Shown: piece after piece, positions 1 to 8,989 of the stretch | How positions within the stretch are numbered: position 1 is the first letter of the stretch | How the letters are laid out: each line of letters starts with the position of its first letter | Source: Candidatus Bathyarchaeota archaeon | Lineage (GTDB): Archaea > Thermoproteota > Bathyarchaeia > TCS64 | Reading direction: 5' to 3' | Assembly (NCBI GenBank): GCA_026014515.1 | Contig: JAOZIG010000314.1 | Coordinates: 1 to 40,569 of the forward strand | Length of the DNA: 40,569 nt | The notes under the pieces: model-generated | Told to the model about the DNA's origin: nothing | Seen by the model: only the letters and a program-made list of their open reading frames with translations | The model's database searches: none | Position numbers and translations under genes: made by a program

Positions 1-2
1 TT

Positions 3-1109
3 GAACTAGGATACAAGTACGACATGAATGGCGACCCATTGACCAGCGGAGACCAGATGCTGGAACTACTTGTACAAGACATCGTTCTACCAGAAGACTG
101 CGGAGACTACCTCGTCAAAGTAACAAAATACCTTGACGATGAGATACGAGACTTCTACAAGATGGACCCCATCTACAATAAAGACAAACGAGACGACCTC
201 ATAGGAGAAATAGTCCTTGGACTAGCACCTCACACAAGCGCAGCCATAGTAGGACGCCTCATAGGCTGGACAAAGGTAAGAAACTGCTACGCCCACCCAT
301 ACTGGCACGCAGCAAAACGCCGCAACTGTGACGGCGATGAGGATGCTGTTATGATGGTTCTCGATCCACTGCTTAACTTCAGTCGATCATATCTCCCAGA
401 ACAAAGCGGAGGCTTGATGGATGCCCCATTATTCATTATACCGAACCTAAACCCGGGAGAAGTGGACAAAGAAAGCCACAACGTAGACGTAATAGGCAGA
501 TATCCGCCGGAGTTCTACAATATGAGCATGCGGGGAGCCAAACCAAACGAGTTCGGACCCCTTGTAGATACTCTGGGAGGAAGACTGGGCACACCCGCAC
601 AGTACACGGGCGCAAAATACACCCATGAATGCACCAACATCAATCTAGGAAGCCACCATGGAGCCTACAACGAGTTACCGTCCATGCTCGATAAACTAGA
701 GAGCCAGCTAGACCTCACAAAGAAACTGCGCGCAGTGGAGGGAAAGATAGTCGGACTCAAGATTCTCAACAGCCACTTCATGAAAGACATCGTGGGAAAC
801 CTCAGAGCCTTCACGCGGCAAGGATTCAGGTGTACAAAGTGTAACAAAAAGTTCAGGCGACCACCCTTGAAGGGTGTTTGTGATCGCTGTGGTGGACCAA
901 TTCTTCAGACAGTGCATAAAGGAGGCATCGAAAAGTATCTGACCCCTGCAAAAGGTATCATCGAGAAATATGATCTCGGTGAATACTATGTTGACCGTAT
1001 CAGGTTGGTTGAGGAGGAGATTGATTCATTGTTCTGGGAGGAAGAGCCCGTGGAGACGCATAATCAGTTCAACCTCACCGACTTTATGAAGCCGAAAGCC
1101 AAGGATTAG
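3..1109 (+). CDS. polC: DNA polymerase II (PolD) large subunit DP2, C-terminal part (5' truncated by window)
   Basis: YAHPYWHAAKRRNCDGDED catalytic motif, GGLMDAP, C-terminal CxxC...CxxC zinc finger; frame open from window start. Confidence 0.97.
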   Translation, partial: ELGYKYDMNGDPLTSGDQMLELLVQDIVLPEDCGDYLVKVTKYLDDEIRDFYKMDPIYNKDKRDDLIGEIVLGLAPHTSAAIVGRLIGWTKVRNCYAHPYWHAAKRRNCDGDEDAVMMVLDPLLNFSRSYLPEQSGGLMDAPLFIIPNLNPGEVDKESHNVDVIGRYPPEFYNMSMRGAKPNEFGPLVDTLGGRLGTPAQYTGAKYTHECTNINLGSHHGAYNELPSMLDKLESQLDLTKKLRAVEGKIVGLKILNSHFMKDIVGNLRAFTRQGFRCTKCNKKFRRPPLKGVCDRCGGPILQTVHKGGIEKYLTPAKGIIEKYDLGEYYVDRIRLVEEEIDSLFWEEEPVETHNQFNLTDFMKPKAKD

Positions 1110-1157
1110 GTCAAGAAAGCTTATTATTTGACTCCTGAGTAGTCTGTGCGAACAACA

Positions 1158-1331
1158 ATGAGTAAGAGAAAGAAACAACAGGGCACAGGAATGCCACAGA
1201 GTAGCGCTGGTTTGATGAGGTTCTTCCAAGATGAGACCAACGGCGTAAAGATCCCACCAGAGTTTGTAGTTGGAGCAGCAGTATTACTCATTGTTACAGT
1301 TGTAGCAGCGAGGATATTCTTCCCAATCTAA
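1158..1331 (+). CDS. secG: Preprotein translocase subunit Sec61beta/SecG
   Basis: Basic N-terminus, SSAGLMRFFQDE..GVKIPPEFV motif, single C-terminal TM; ATG at 1158 preferred to GTG 1146. Confidence 0.92.
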   Translation: MSKRKKQQGTGMPQSSAGLMRFFQDETNGVKIPPEFVVGAAVLLIVTVVAARIFFPI

Positions 1332-1380
1332 TAGACTCGAATGGCTCTCTATCCCCTAAATAATAGGAGACTGCCACTCA

Positions 1381-1659
1381 ATGTCAACAAAACCAAACCT
1401 AGTAATCATGGGCAACAAACCGATAATGAACTACGTCGTAGCATGCCTCACATTATTCAATGAAGGCGCTGAGACCGTAAAGATTCGGGCGCGGGGAAAA
1501 CACATCAACAAAGCCGTAGATACTGTTGGACTGCTTCGCAGGGTCTTTTTACCTGGATTAAGGGTGGTTCACGCGGATACTGGTACCGATATTTTAATCC
1601 GAACTGATGGTAATCAGGCGCATGTATCTACAATAGAGATTGTAATTTCTCCCAATTAA
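1381..1659 (+). CDS. albA: Alba-family DNA/RNA-binding protein
   Basis: GNKPIMNYV, VKIRARGKHINKAVDTV, VSTIEIVI match Alba signatures. Confidence 0.92.
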   Translation: MSTKPNLVIMGNKPIMNYVVACLTLFNEGAETVKIRARGKHINKAVDTVGLLRRVFLPGLRVVHADTGTDILIRTDGNQAHVSTIEIVISPN

Positions 1660-1707
1660 TCAGTTTTTTAAACCCACGGAGCAACCATTCTGGCGAAGGG
1701 AAACAGG

Positions 1708-3039
1708 ATGACATATCCAAAAATCAAGGTTACACCGCCCGGACCAAAGGCAAAGAAGATTGTCGAGAGGGACGCGGCTGTTATCTCACCGAGCTTCGGC
1801 AGGGCTTACCCGCTTGTAGTCGAGAGCGCAGAGGGAAACATCGTCAAGGATGTTGATGGAAACGAGTTCATCGATATGAACGCGGGTCTCGCTGTCTGTA
1901 GCGTGGGGCATGGTCACCCCAAGCTCAAGAAGGCCATAAAGGATCAGGTAGACAAGTTCATCCACTACAGTTATACCGACTTCTTCTACGATGACTACGT
2001 CGATCTAGGAGAGGAACTCAGTAAGATCATGCCCATTGAGGGCGATAAGAAGATCTTCTATGGTAACAGTGGGGCGGAAGCCATTGAGGCTGCCATGAAG
2101 GTAAGCCGCTGGCACAGTAAACGTCAGGGATACCTAGCATATATTGGCAGTTTCCACGGTAGAACCATGGGCGCGGTAAGCCTTACGGCATCCAAGCCCT
2201 ATCAAAGGCGTAGGTTCAGCCCACTTATCCCCGGTGTTGAACACATCTTCTATCCTTACTGCTACAGGTGTCCATTCAACCTAGAGTGCCCCAGCTGTGG
2301 TTTTGCTTGTGTAGACTATATTGATGATCACTTGTTCCACAAGTATGTCCCACCGGAGGAAGTCTCAATGCTACTAGCCGAGCCCATACAGGGAGAAGGA
2401 GGCTACGTGGTGCCACCAATGGGCTACTTCAAGAGGCTCAAAAAGCTGCTAGACGAGTACGGAATACTCTTCGCGGTAGACGAGGTGCAATCAGGAGTAG
2501 GTAGGACTGGAAAATGGTTCGCCATTGAACACTTCGGAGTCAAACCAGACATAGTAACCACCGCTAAGGGAATCGCGGCGGGTCTCCCATTAGGAGTCAT
2601 GGCAAGTAAGGCAGAGATTCAGGACTGGACTCCTGGAAGTCACGCATCAACATTCGGAGGAAACCCAGTAAGCTGTGCAGCTGCAATGGCGGTACTGGAC
2701 ATCATCAAGACCGATAAACTACTTGAAAACGCCACCGAACAAGGAGGCTACATCAAGAAGCGTCTTGAGGAGATGATGGAGACTCACCGGATGATTGGTG
2801 ATGTGCGTGGAATCGGTTTGATGGTCGGCGTTGAGATCGTTAAGGACAAAGACTCCAAAGAGGTTGCTCCAAAGGCAACAGAGGAAATTATGATGGAGTG
2901 CTTCAGAAACGGGCTCGCCATCGTAAACTGTGGAGTCAACGTCATCAGATGGATGCCTCCGCTAACCATAACACGAGACCTAGTAGAGCCAAGCCTTGAG
3001 ATATTCGAGAAGGCTCTTAGTAAGGTAGAGGCAGCCTAG
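1708..3039 (+). CDS. Class III PLP-dependent aminotransferase (4-aminobutyrate/ornithine aminotransferase family)
   Basis: NSGAEA, FHGRT, EPIQGEGG, DEVQSG.GRTG, TTAKG (PLP lysine), HASTFGGNP. Confidence 0.92.
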   Translation: MTYPKIKVTPPGPKAKKIVERDAAVISPSFGRAYPLVVESAEGNIVKDVDGNEFIDMNAGLAVCSVGHGHPKLKKAIKDQVDKFIHYSYTDFFYDDYVDLGEELSKIMPIEGDKKIFYGNSGAEAIEAAMKVSRWHSKRQGYLAYIGSFHGRTMGAVSLTASKPYQRRRFSPLIPGVEHIFYPYCYRCPFNLECPSCGFACVDYIDDHLFHKYVPPEEVSMLLAEPIQGEGGYVVPPMGYFKRLKKLLDEYGILFAVDEVQSGVGRTGKWFAIEHFGVKPDIVTTAKGIAAGLPLGVMASKAEIQDWTPGSHASTFGGNPVSCAAAMAVLDIIKTDKLLENATEQGGYIKKRLEEMMETHRMIGDVRGIGLMVGVEIVKDKDSKEVAPKATEEIMMECFRNGLAIVNCGVNVIRWMPPLTITRDLVEPSLEIFEKALSKVEAA

Positions 3040-3052
3040 CCTCACCCCAGTT

Positions 3053-4564
3053 TTATTCTTTTGTAACAACTATTTTTGTGAAAGCGCCGCTGCTTACCTG
3101 TATTATTCCATCATAAGGCTCACGGACGTTCATGTATTCTAGTTGAACCTCAGCACCAGCAGTCAAATCCATGGCTGCCTCAGCGTGCTCACGCCATAGG
3201 CTGACACGGGCTTCCCCTGTTCCATCATCTATCCTGAAGTTTGTGACCGATGCTGGGCCTCTAGAGGTATCAATGTCACGTTGTACCGGGTCATCAAGTA
3301 GCTGTCCACGGATGGTGACGTTGTGCTGGCCCTCGCGGAGATCAATTATCTCGGTTATCTTGCGCTCGATCTCGGGTATCTCCATCTCGAAATCCTCTGG
3401 ATCGATATGTACGCGTCCGTTTCGCCCAACATTTAGCTCAACACCGCCGCCGAACCCGGACCTTGTATAACCATTCTCTACCACAATCATGGCACCGTTC
3501 TCGATCTCAGTCGCCTTATCAGCGTCATCATCCCAGAGACTGAGCCTTACGGTACCAGTATCGTCTTCCAGTAATACACTAACAACTTTTCCCTCAGTAC
3601 CATCTCTGCGTACAAACTCGCGTTCATCGCCTATCTGTGAGGCTATCGCTGCAACGTTCACGCTGCCCATGCTCTCGCTGAGGCTGCCTATTTTGGTCCA
3701 GTATGGTACAGGTTCATCGGGTTTCACGCCCTTCTCAACGATCTTTATAGCGGTATCCCATCCCACATGAACCTCGGGGTTTCCCTGATTACTGGTCCTC
3801 ACGTTCCCCGCGATTACCTGAATCTTAGTTCCCTTGGGCAAATCACCATACTCGTCCACGTTATCATCCCAGAGAACAAGATTGATGCGCGCACCACCCT
3901 CCTCAAGAACAAGCCTACCTACCTTACCCTCAGAACCATCCTGACGCTGGAAAGTGGAAGGTGGGAAACTATCCATAACAACGCCTTCAAGGTTAACAGC
4001 GCCCTCTGCATGTACATCCGCCGGTGTCAAGAAGAAGTTCTCAAGCTTGGGATAGTCTTCTTCTACTGCGTCCATGGGCTCCATGAAGAGTTGTCCACGG
4101 TTTCCTATGTTGATCTCGATGTTTCCTCTACGCTCCCTGCTGTATCCGTGGAGTATCCGGACTATCTTACCGGGCTTGAGCTTTGATGCCTCAACGTGAT
4201 CCGCCTTATCATCCCAGAAGACCACTACCACAGAGCCCGTCTTATCACCGATAATCAGTCTAAGAACCTTACCCTTACGATTGTTATCACGGTCAAAAGA
4301 CCGGCTAGGGAAGATGTGTATAACACGCCCAGTCAGGCTCACATCACTGAGCCCCGCAGTCAAGTCAGCGATCTTAAGCTTCGCCTCGATACGCTCCCCT
4401 GCGCCATTTATGCCCAGATTACTGGAAACTAGGTGCGCTGCGGCTTCCTCTGTAAGTAAGCCCGCTGCTTTTGCTCTTTCTTGTTCGATGAGTTCTCTTA
4501 CCGCTTCCTCTGTAAGATTCGGCTTCAATGCAAGTATTCGTTTGATGATGTCTTCCGTGGACAT
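3053..4564 (-). CDS. rpa: Replication factor A (RPA), multi-OB-fold ssDNA-binding protein
   Basis: Four repeated OB-fold units (D.TG...V.LWDD-type motifs: VVFWDD, LVLWDD, LSLWDD, VSLWRE) after an N-terminal helical GLLTEEAAA domain. Confidence 0.88.
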   Translation of the reverse strand: MSTEDIIKRILALKPNLTEEAVRELIEQERAKAAGLLTEEAAAHLVSSNLGINGAGERIEAKLKIADLTAGLSDVSLTGRVIHIFPSRSFDRDNNRKGKVLRLIIGDKTGSVVVVFWDDKADHVEASKLKPGKIVRILHGYSRERRGNIEINIGNRGQLFMEPMDAVEEDYPKLENFFLTPADVHAEGAVNLEGVVMDSFPPSTFQRQDGSEGKVGRLVLEEGGARINLVLWDDNVDEYGDLPKGTKIQVIAGNVRTSNQGNPEVHVGWDTAIKIVEKGVKPDEPVPYWTKIGSLSESMGSVNVAAIASQIGDEREFVRRDGTEGKVVSVLLEDDTGTVRLSLWDDDADKATEIENGAMIVVENGYTRSGFGGGVELNVGRNGRVHIDPEDFEMEIPEIERKITEIIDLREGQHNVTIRGQLLDDPVQRDIDTSRGPASVTNFRIDDGTGEARVSLWREHAEAAMDLTAGAEVQLEYMNVREPYDGIIQVSSGAFTKIVVTKE

Positions 4565-4610
4565 AAACGTCAGAATAATCTCATACTAGCGGCATATAAG
4601 AAATTACATC

Positions 4611-4677
4611 ACAACAAGTAACACAAATTCACACGAGAAAATTTTTTCCCGAAAGTACCCACCAGCAGACACCAAAT
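4611..4677. repeat. Dispersed intergenic repeat, copy 1
   Basis: ACAACAAGTAACACAAATTCACACGAGAAAATTTTTTCCCGAAAGTACCCACCAGCAGACACCAAAT; near-identical to 15086-15159 (+) and 18441-18516 (-). Confidence 0.9.
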
Positions 4678-4680
4678 GAG

Positions 4681-4806
4681 CTACTTCTCTGCTTTCTTAG
4701 CCTCAGTCGCATACATATAATAAAACGCCAAAACAAGAGCAGTAACCGACAACAAGATAATCGCGCCTTCAGCGAAATCAAAAAGCACTGGAATCGTCAT
4801 ACGCAT
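4681..4806 (-). CDS. Small single-TM membrane protein (41 aa), not in ORF track
   Basis: MRMTIPVLFDFAEGAIILLSVTALVLAFYYMYATEAKKAEK*; fills the gap, has a hydrophobic core and charged tail, TATA-like ATAAATA about 20 nt upstream. Confidence 0.7.
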   Translation of the reverse strand: MRMTIPVLFDFAEGAIILLSVTALVLAFYYMYATEAKKAEK

Positions 4807-4838
4807 ATGAAAACCACAGTCCCTATTTATGTACTACT

Positions 4839-5258
4839 CTAATCAGCCACACTATACGCCTTCCAGATACCTAGAAGAGTATCATATGCTTCATCATCCT
4901 CTTCAATAGTATCATAGTGATTCAGCGCCTCAGCAAGTTTCTGAGCCAACAAGTGATAACAATACGCCTTCTCATTATCCAAGACCCTGAAATAGAAATC
5001 ACTACAACTACAATACCCAGCATTACTGTAAATCAGATACTCAGCATGCTGACCAATAGCCACCCAGAGAGTCCTACCACTAGGCTTGAAAACATACTTC
5101 TTAACACGGTTCTCAGTCACAAGCCTCCAAGCCTTATCAAACCGGTCACCAAAAAGCTGCCTAAGCCTCTGCCAATTCTGCCTAGAAATCTCCCGCGAAA
5201 TACGCAGATCCCTGAGAATCTGCTCCAAAGACAGATGCTCATGCAGCGAGGCAGCCAT
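4839..5258 (-). CDS. SWIM-type zinc finger protein
   Basis: YCSCSDF...CYHLLA (CxCxDF-xn-CxH) typical of archaeal SWIM proteins. Confidence 0.85.
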   Translation of the reverse strand: MAASLHEHLSLEQILRDLRISREISRQNWQRLRQLFGDRFDKAWRLVTENRVKKYVFKPSGRTLWVAIGQHAEYLIYSNAGYCSCSDFYFRVLDNEKAYCYHLLAQKLAEALNHYDTIEEDDEAYDTLLGIWKAYSVAD

Positions 5259-5282
5259 AACAGAATAAACGATTACACTGTT

Positions 5283-6098
5283 TTAAGCATCATCAATCAC
5301 AGCCCCATGACCCCAAGCACCATAATACCCACAAGTCTCAGCAGCCGACTCAGCGGCGAGCCTCATAGCCTCAGGTAGCTCAGTGCCCCGCCGGGTTTCA
5401 TAGAGAATCCGCGCAATGAAGCTGTCACCAGCGCCGAGAGTATCAACTATACGGGCCTCAATGATACCTTGTGAGTATACCCGATCTCCATCGTAAGCCA
5501 CAGAACCCCGCTCTCCCCGGGTAACCACAACGAGCCCATGATTAACCCCATGAATCCACTTGATGAGTCTCTCAAGCTCAACATCACCAAGATGAGGAGC
5601 ACTAAGAAAAGCAGCATCAACATGGGGAAGAGCATCCTCAAGATACTTCTGAGTCCAGTTAGAGCTAAAATCATAACTCAGAAGCTTTGAAGCCCGGCCT
5701 AAATCAGTCAAATATGGTTCTATGAAGCTATAGATACTAGTATGAACAACATCAAACCCTGAGACATACTCATAGTCAGCTGCCTCTAGTTTGATAAGCT
5801 TCCTTGCACCAGGAATTGAACCCATGAACTGTCTGTCACCGTCCCGTAGCTCAATATCGCAGCGCCCAGTAGGATGATCAACCACTCTACAACGCGAAAC
5901 ATCAACATCCTCAACACGCAGAGCCTCCAATAGAAGCGTTCCTCGTCTATCATTACCCACCCAGCCAAGATACGCTGCTTTACCACCATGACGCCGATAG
6001 AAAACTGGAACATTAACCGCGTTACCACCAGGATACATGGTGTTTTGATCAAGATATCTATCGAATGTGTTATCACCGACGCCCAGGAGTGAAGCCAT
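5283..6098 (-). CDS. frlD: PfkB-family kinase, fructoselysine 6-kinase-like
   Basis: GVGDNTFDRY...YPGGNAVNV start, SYDFS, VVTRGERGS, VDTLGAGDSF. Confidence 0.75.
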   Translation of the reverse strand: MASLLGVGDNTFDRYLDQNTMYPGGNAVNVPVFYRRHGGKAAYLGWVGNDRRGTLLLEALRVEDVDVSRCRVVDHPTGRCDIELRDGDRQFMGSIPGARKLIKLEAADYEYVSGFDVVHTSIYSFIEPYLTDLGRASKLLSYDFSSNWTQKYLEDALPHVDAAFLSAPHLGDVELERLIKWIHGVNHGLVVVTRGERGSVAYDGDRVYSQGIIEARIVDTLGAGDSFIARILYETRRGTELPEAMRLAAESAAETCGYYGAWGHGAVIDDA

Positions 6099-6160
6099 AC
6101 ACAGATATCCACTTGTATATATTTCACCTATACCCTAATGGGATAACCGAGGAACAAGGT

Positions 6161-7012
6161 TTGATCAAATTACTCACTCCACGCCCAGCACTCATGGTAG
6201 AGTCAGGTGAACGAGTAATGCTAGCAGCCGACCTACACCTCGGACTAGAATATGAACTCGCAAAACAAGGCATCAACATACCCTACCAGTGGAACAGGAT
6301 ACTGGACGAACTCATGTTCCTCCTCGAAGAATACCGCCCAGACCGACTGATACTCCTCGGAGACGTCAAACATGGGGTACCATCAACAAGCTTTCAAGAG
6401 AAACGCGAGATACCCTTGTTTTTTGAGACATTGCTAGAGGCAGTGGATAACATTGATGTCACTCGCGGAAACCATGACGCAAATATCCAAAAATATCTCC
6501 CAGAGCAAGTGACCCTCCACACATCAAAGGGAGTCATGTTTGGAGACGAGTTTAAGGTAGCAGCCATGCATGGACATGCGTGGCCAAAACCAGAGATAAT
6601 GACGGCTGACGCGGTTATTATGGCTCATAACCACCCCACAGTGATGCTGAGCACACCGATTGGTATCAGGATCACCCAGCCCGCATGGATAAGAGGCACC
6701 CTTAACCCAGAGTCCCTCGCAAGGGCATTTCTCGTACAGGACAATGTGAAGCTGGAGCCGGAAGAGGAGCCATTGAATGCATTCTATGAGGAGTATGGTT
6801 TCGAGGAAGGCACACCAGAGCTTATCGTAATGCCCATGTTCAATGATTTGCTAGGTGGTTTACCTGTAAACTCTGAGTCTCCTGAGAGTCTTTTAGGTCC
6901 CTTGTTCAGAGGGGGTGTGGTGGATATGGATAACTTTGATGCATATCTTCTTGATGGTAGTTATCTTGGAAAAGTTGGATTCCTCAGGAAACGTCTCGAA
7001 GGCAGTCTGTAG
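6161..7012 (+). CDS. Metallophosphoesterase (calcineurin-like, archaeal ICC-like)
   Basis: ADLHLG, LLGDVKH, RGNHD, HGH, AHNHP; TTG 6161 chosen to avoid overlap with the divergent gene. Confidence 0.88.
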   Translation: MIKLLTPRPALMVESGERVMLAADLHLGLEYELAKQGINIPYQWNRILDELMFLLEEYRPDRLILLGDVKHGVPSTSFQEKREIPLFFETLLEAVDNIDVTRGNHDANIQKYLPEQVTLHTSKGVMFGDEFKVAAMHGHAWPKPEIMTADAVIMAHNHPTVMLSTPIGIRITQPAWIRGTLNPESLARAFLVQDNVKLEPEEEPLNAFYEEYGFEEGTPELIVMPMFNDLLGGLPVNSESPESLLGPLFRGGVVDMDNFDAYLLDGSYLGKVGFLRKRLEGSL

Positions 7013-7192
7013 GTGTTAACTACATACAAGTGGTTATACTCTTACCAATCCTCTCTGTTTCTGTAACCCAGTTAATGGGAGACGCCATTGAGCCCGAAAG
7101 GGCTTCCTTCCCAAGCATATTCACGTATAGAGATTCAAGTTCATCAAAACGTTCTCTTTTTTAGGTGCAATACCGAGGATCAATTGATAAAG

Positions 7193-7570
7193 ATGGCAAA
7201 ATCAATTTGTGAAAAAATCCAGTCAGCAGACTGGAAAAACGAGAAACACGTACCAGTAATCGATGCCCCAGACACAGTGAAAGCGGATGAGATGGTAAAA
7301 GTAGTTGTACAGGTAGGCAAGGAGATCGCTCACCCCAACACGGTTGAGCATCATATCAGTTGGATACAGGTCTACTTCACACCAGACGAGGGTAAATTCA
7401 CCTATGATCTAGGAAAATTCACTTTCGAAAGCCATGGAGAGGGTCCAGTAAGCACTCACAGTGCTGCTGCGTTCCACTTCAAGACAAACAAATCAGGTAC
7501 ATTGAACGCTGTAAGCTACTGTAACATACACGGCCTCTGGGAAAACAGTAAGGCTGTCAAGGTAGAGTAA
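7193..7570 (+). CDS. sor: Superoxide reductase (neelaredoxin, 1Fe-SOR)
   Basis: EKHVP, HPNTVEHHI.WI, YCNIHGLWE iron ligands; ATG at 7193. Confidence 0.93.
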   Translation: MAKSICEKIQSADWKNEKHVPVIDAPDTVKADEMVKVVVQVGKEIAHPNTVEHHISWIQVYFTPDEGKFTYDLGKFTFESHGEGPVSTHSAAAFHFKTNKSGTLNAVSYCNIHGLWENSKAVKVE

Positions 7571-7614
7571 GTCTCTACAACCATTTTTTCATCAATTTCT
7601 AGTATTCGGGTTAG

Positions 7615-7691
7615 TGGTGGGACCGCCCGGATTCGAACCGGGGATCTCGCGGACCCGAACCGCGAATCGTACCAAGCTTGACCACGGTCCC
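7615..7691 (-). tRNA. tRNA-Pro(CGG), intronless, CCA encoded
   Basis: GGGACCG...CGCGG-TT-CGG-GT-CCGCG...CCCGG-TTCGAAT-CCGGG-CGGTCCC-A-CCA cloverleaf; TATA box at 7719-7727. Confidence 0.97.
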
Positions 7692-7750
7692 AAAGCGTAT
7701 TCCACCGTGGTTCGCTGGTTTAAAAAAGGTTCCTAAAGGGAGAAGATGTG

Positions 7751-8800
7751 TTAGGCTTCGCGTACTGCGTCCTTTACCATCATGTTTAGGACGGTCTCGG
7801 CGATGTCTGCTCCGTATTCAGCTGTTCTGAGTATGCTCTCTACGATCAATCTGAGGGCAGGTACTTCTTCTGGTGGCGCATGTTTGATGATGAGGTGTAG
7901 CATCTCGGCTTCCATGTTTCGTGTTCTTTGAGCCATATCCAGAACTGCGTCGGCTTCCTTGTAGCTCTCATCAAATACTGCGTCCATAGCGTTCTCGAAT
8001 ATCTCTAACGCGAAATCACTGAGCTTCGTAAGCTCGGCTAGTAGTTCTTGGTCTACGATGCTTAGGGTTAGTTCGAGTCTGTTGTGGGCGATGTTTACGG
8101 CGTGGTCTGCCATACGTTCAACTGATTTTGTGATCAATCTGTATCCTAGGCACTCGCGTGGACTCTTCAAGCCACTCTCTTTGAGTATGTGTCCATCTAC
8201 GACTGCGACTTTCAGTAATCGTATTATGTAGAGGTTGAAGCGGTCAACCTCATCATCCATGGCTACTATCTCACGTGCCAGATTCACATCATCTGTGCCA
8301 AGGGCAATAATTGCGTCCCTGTGCATGCTTGCAGCTATAACACTCATACGCCTCAATGCATCCTTAACGCTGAGTTCAGCGTAGCTTAGCAATACCTGTA
8401 ATGTGAGGTCTTGTGGAAGATCAGCGAGTATCTCTGTTCCTACTAGCTTCTTTCTTGTGAAGTCTTTTACACTAAATCGTTGGCTGCTGTCCAGTCTCTG
8501 CTGTGTGCTTCTAAGCTGAATAAGGTTGTACCCCATGAGATATGCTGAGACTACTCTCCGCACAATGCTTTCTGGTGTATCCTCGGGGGTGGGATTGATG
8601 ATTACTTTTCTCTGGGTATCTGTGGTGTCTGCGCCTTCAGGAGTCAGACATAATGTGAGGTCGTCTTTCTGTGTTATTCTGACGACGCTGCCTCTTTGAA
8701 GCCCCATTTGCTCTACCCAAGATTTTGGTAGTGATATTATGAATGTTGAGCCTCCTGTTACCTGTACTTTTCTTAGCTCTTCACCAGGACTTGATGACAA
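7751..8800 (-). CDS. Phosphate uptake regulator: AbrB-type DNA-binding domain plus PhoU domains
   Basis: RKVQVTGGSTFIISLPKSW (AbrB/SpoVT fold), MDDEVDRF, SVERMADHA, SILRTAEYGADIAE; divergent from pstS. Confidence 0.92.
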   Translation of the reverse strand: MSSSPGEELRKVQVTGGSTFIISLPKSWVEQMGLQRGSVVRITQKDDLTLCLTPEGADTTDTQRKVIINPTPEDTPESIVRRVVSAYLMGYNLIQLRSTQQRLDSSQRFSVKDFTRKKLVGTEILADLPQDLTLQVLLSYAELSVKDALRRMSVIAASMHRDAIIALGTDDVNLAREIVAMDDEVDRFNLYIIRLLKVAVVDGHILKESGLKSPRECLGYRLITKSVERMADHAVNIAHNRLELTLSIVDQELLAELTKLSDFALEIFENAMDAVFDESYKEADAVLDMAQRTRNMEAEMLHLIIKHAPPEEVPALRLIVESILRTAEYGADIAETVLNMMVKDAVREA

Positions 8801-8829
8801 TGTAAATTACCTGCTCCCCATAGTCCGTT

Positions 8830-8960
8830 AGATGTAAATATATTTATCGTAAAAATATTAGAAAAAAGCCGTGTTTCTATATATTATATAGTATTATTGT
8901 GTTTATATATGTTTTAATATCTTCTGTATATTATATAAGAAATCTATTTATTAAGTAACC
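8830..8960. promoter_or_regulatory. Divergent AT-rich promoter region with TATAT palindromes (candidate Pho boxes)
   Basis: TAAATATATTTA (8835-8846), CTATATA-T-TATATAG (8877-8891), TATATTATATA repeated at 8880 and 8927. Confidence 0.6.
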
Positions 8961-8989
8961 CGCCCATAGGCGCCTTAGAGGAAAAAACA

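Noticed and set aside
280-350. Possible intein in DP2 at the known RRN/CDGDED insertion site
   Set aside because: The motif HAAKRRNCDGDED is contiguous, so the allele is intein-free.
1708-3039. Possible PLP-dependent amino-acid racemase of the same family
   Set aside because: It has transaminase-type EPIQGEGG rather than the Asp-containing variant I associate with the racemases; treated as an ordinary aminotransferase.
7070-7115. SECIS or known riboswitch/ribozyme
   Set aside because: No in-frame UGA gene nearby and no match to TPP, fluoride, hammerhead or twister cores that I can recognise; kept only as an unassigned structure.
7681-7711. 8-bp inverted repeat ACCACGGT/ACCGTGGT between the tRNA-Pro 5' part and upstream DNA
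   Set aside because: The upstream arm lies between the TATA box and the expected start site, so it is probably untranscribed; short enough to be chance.
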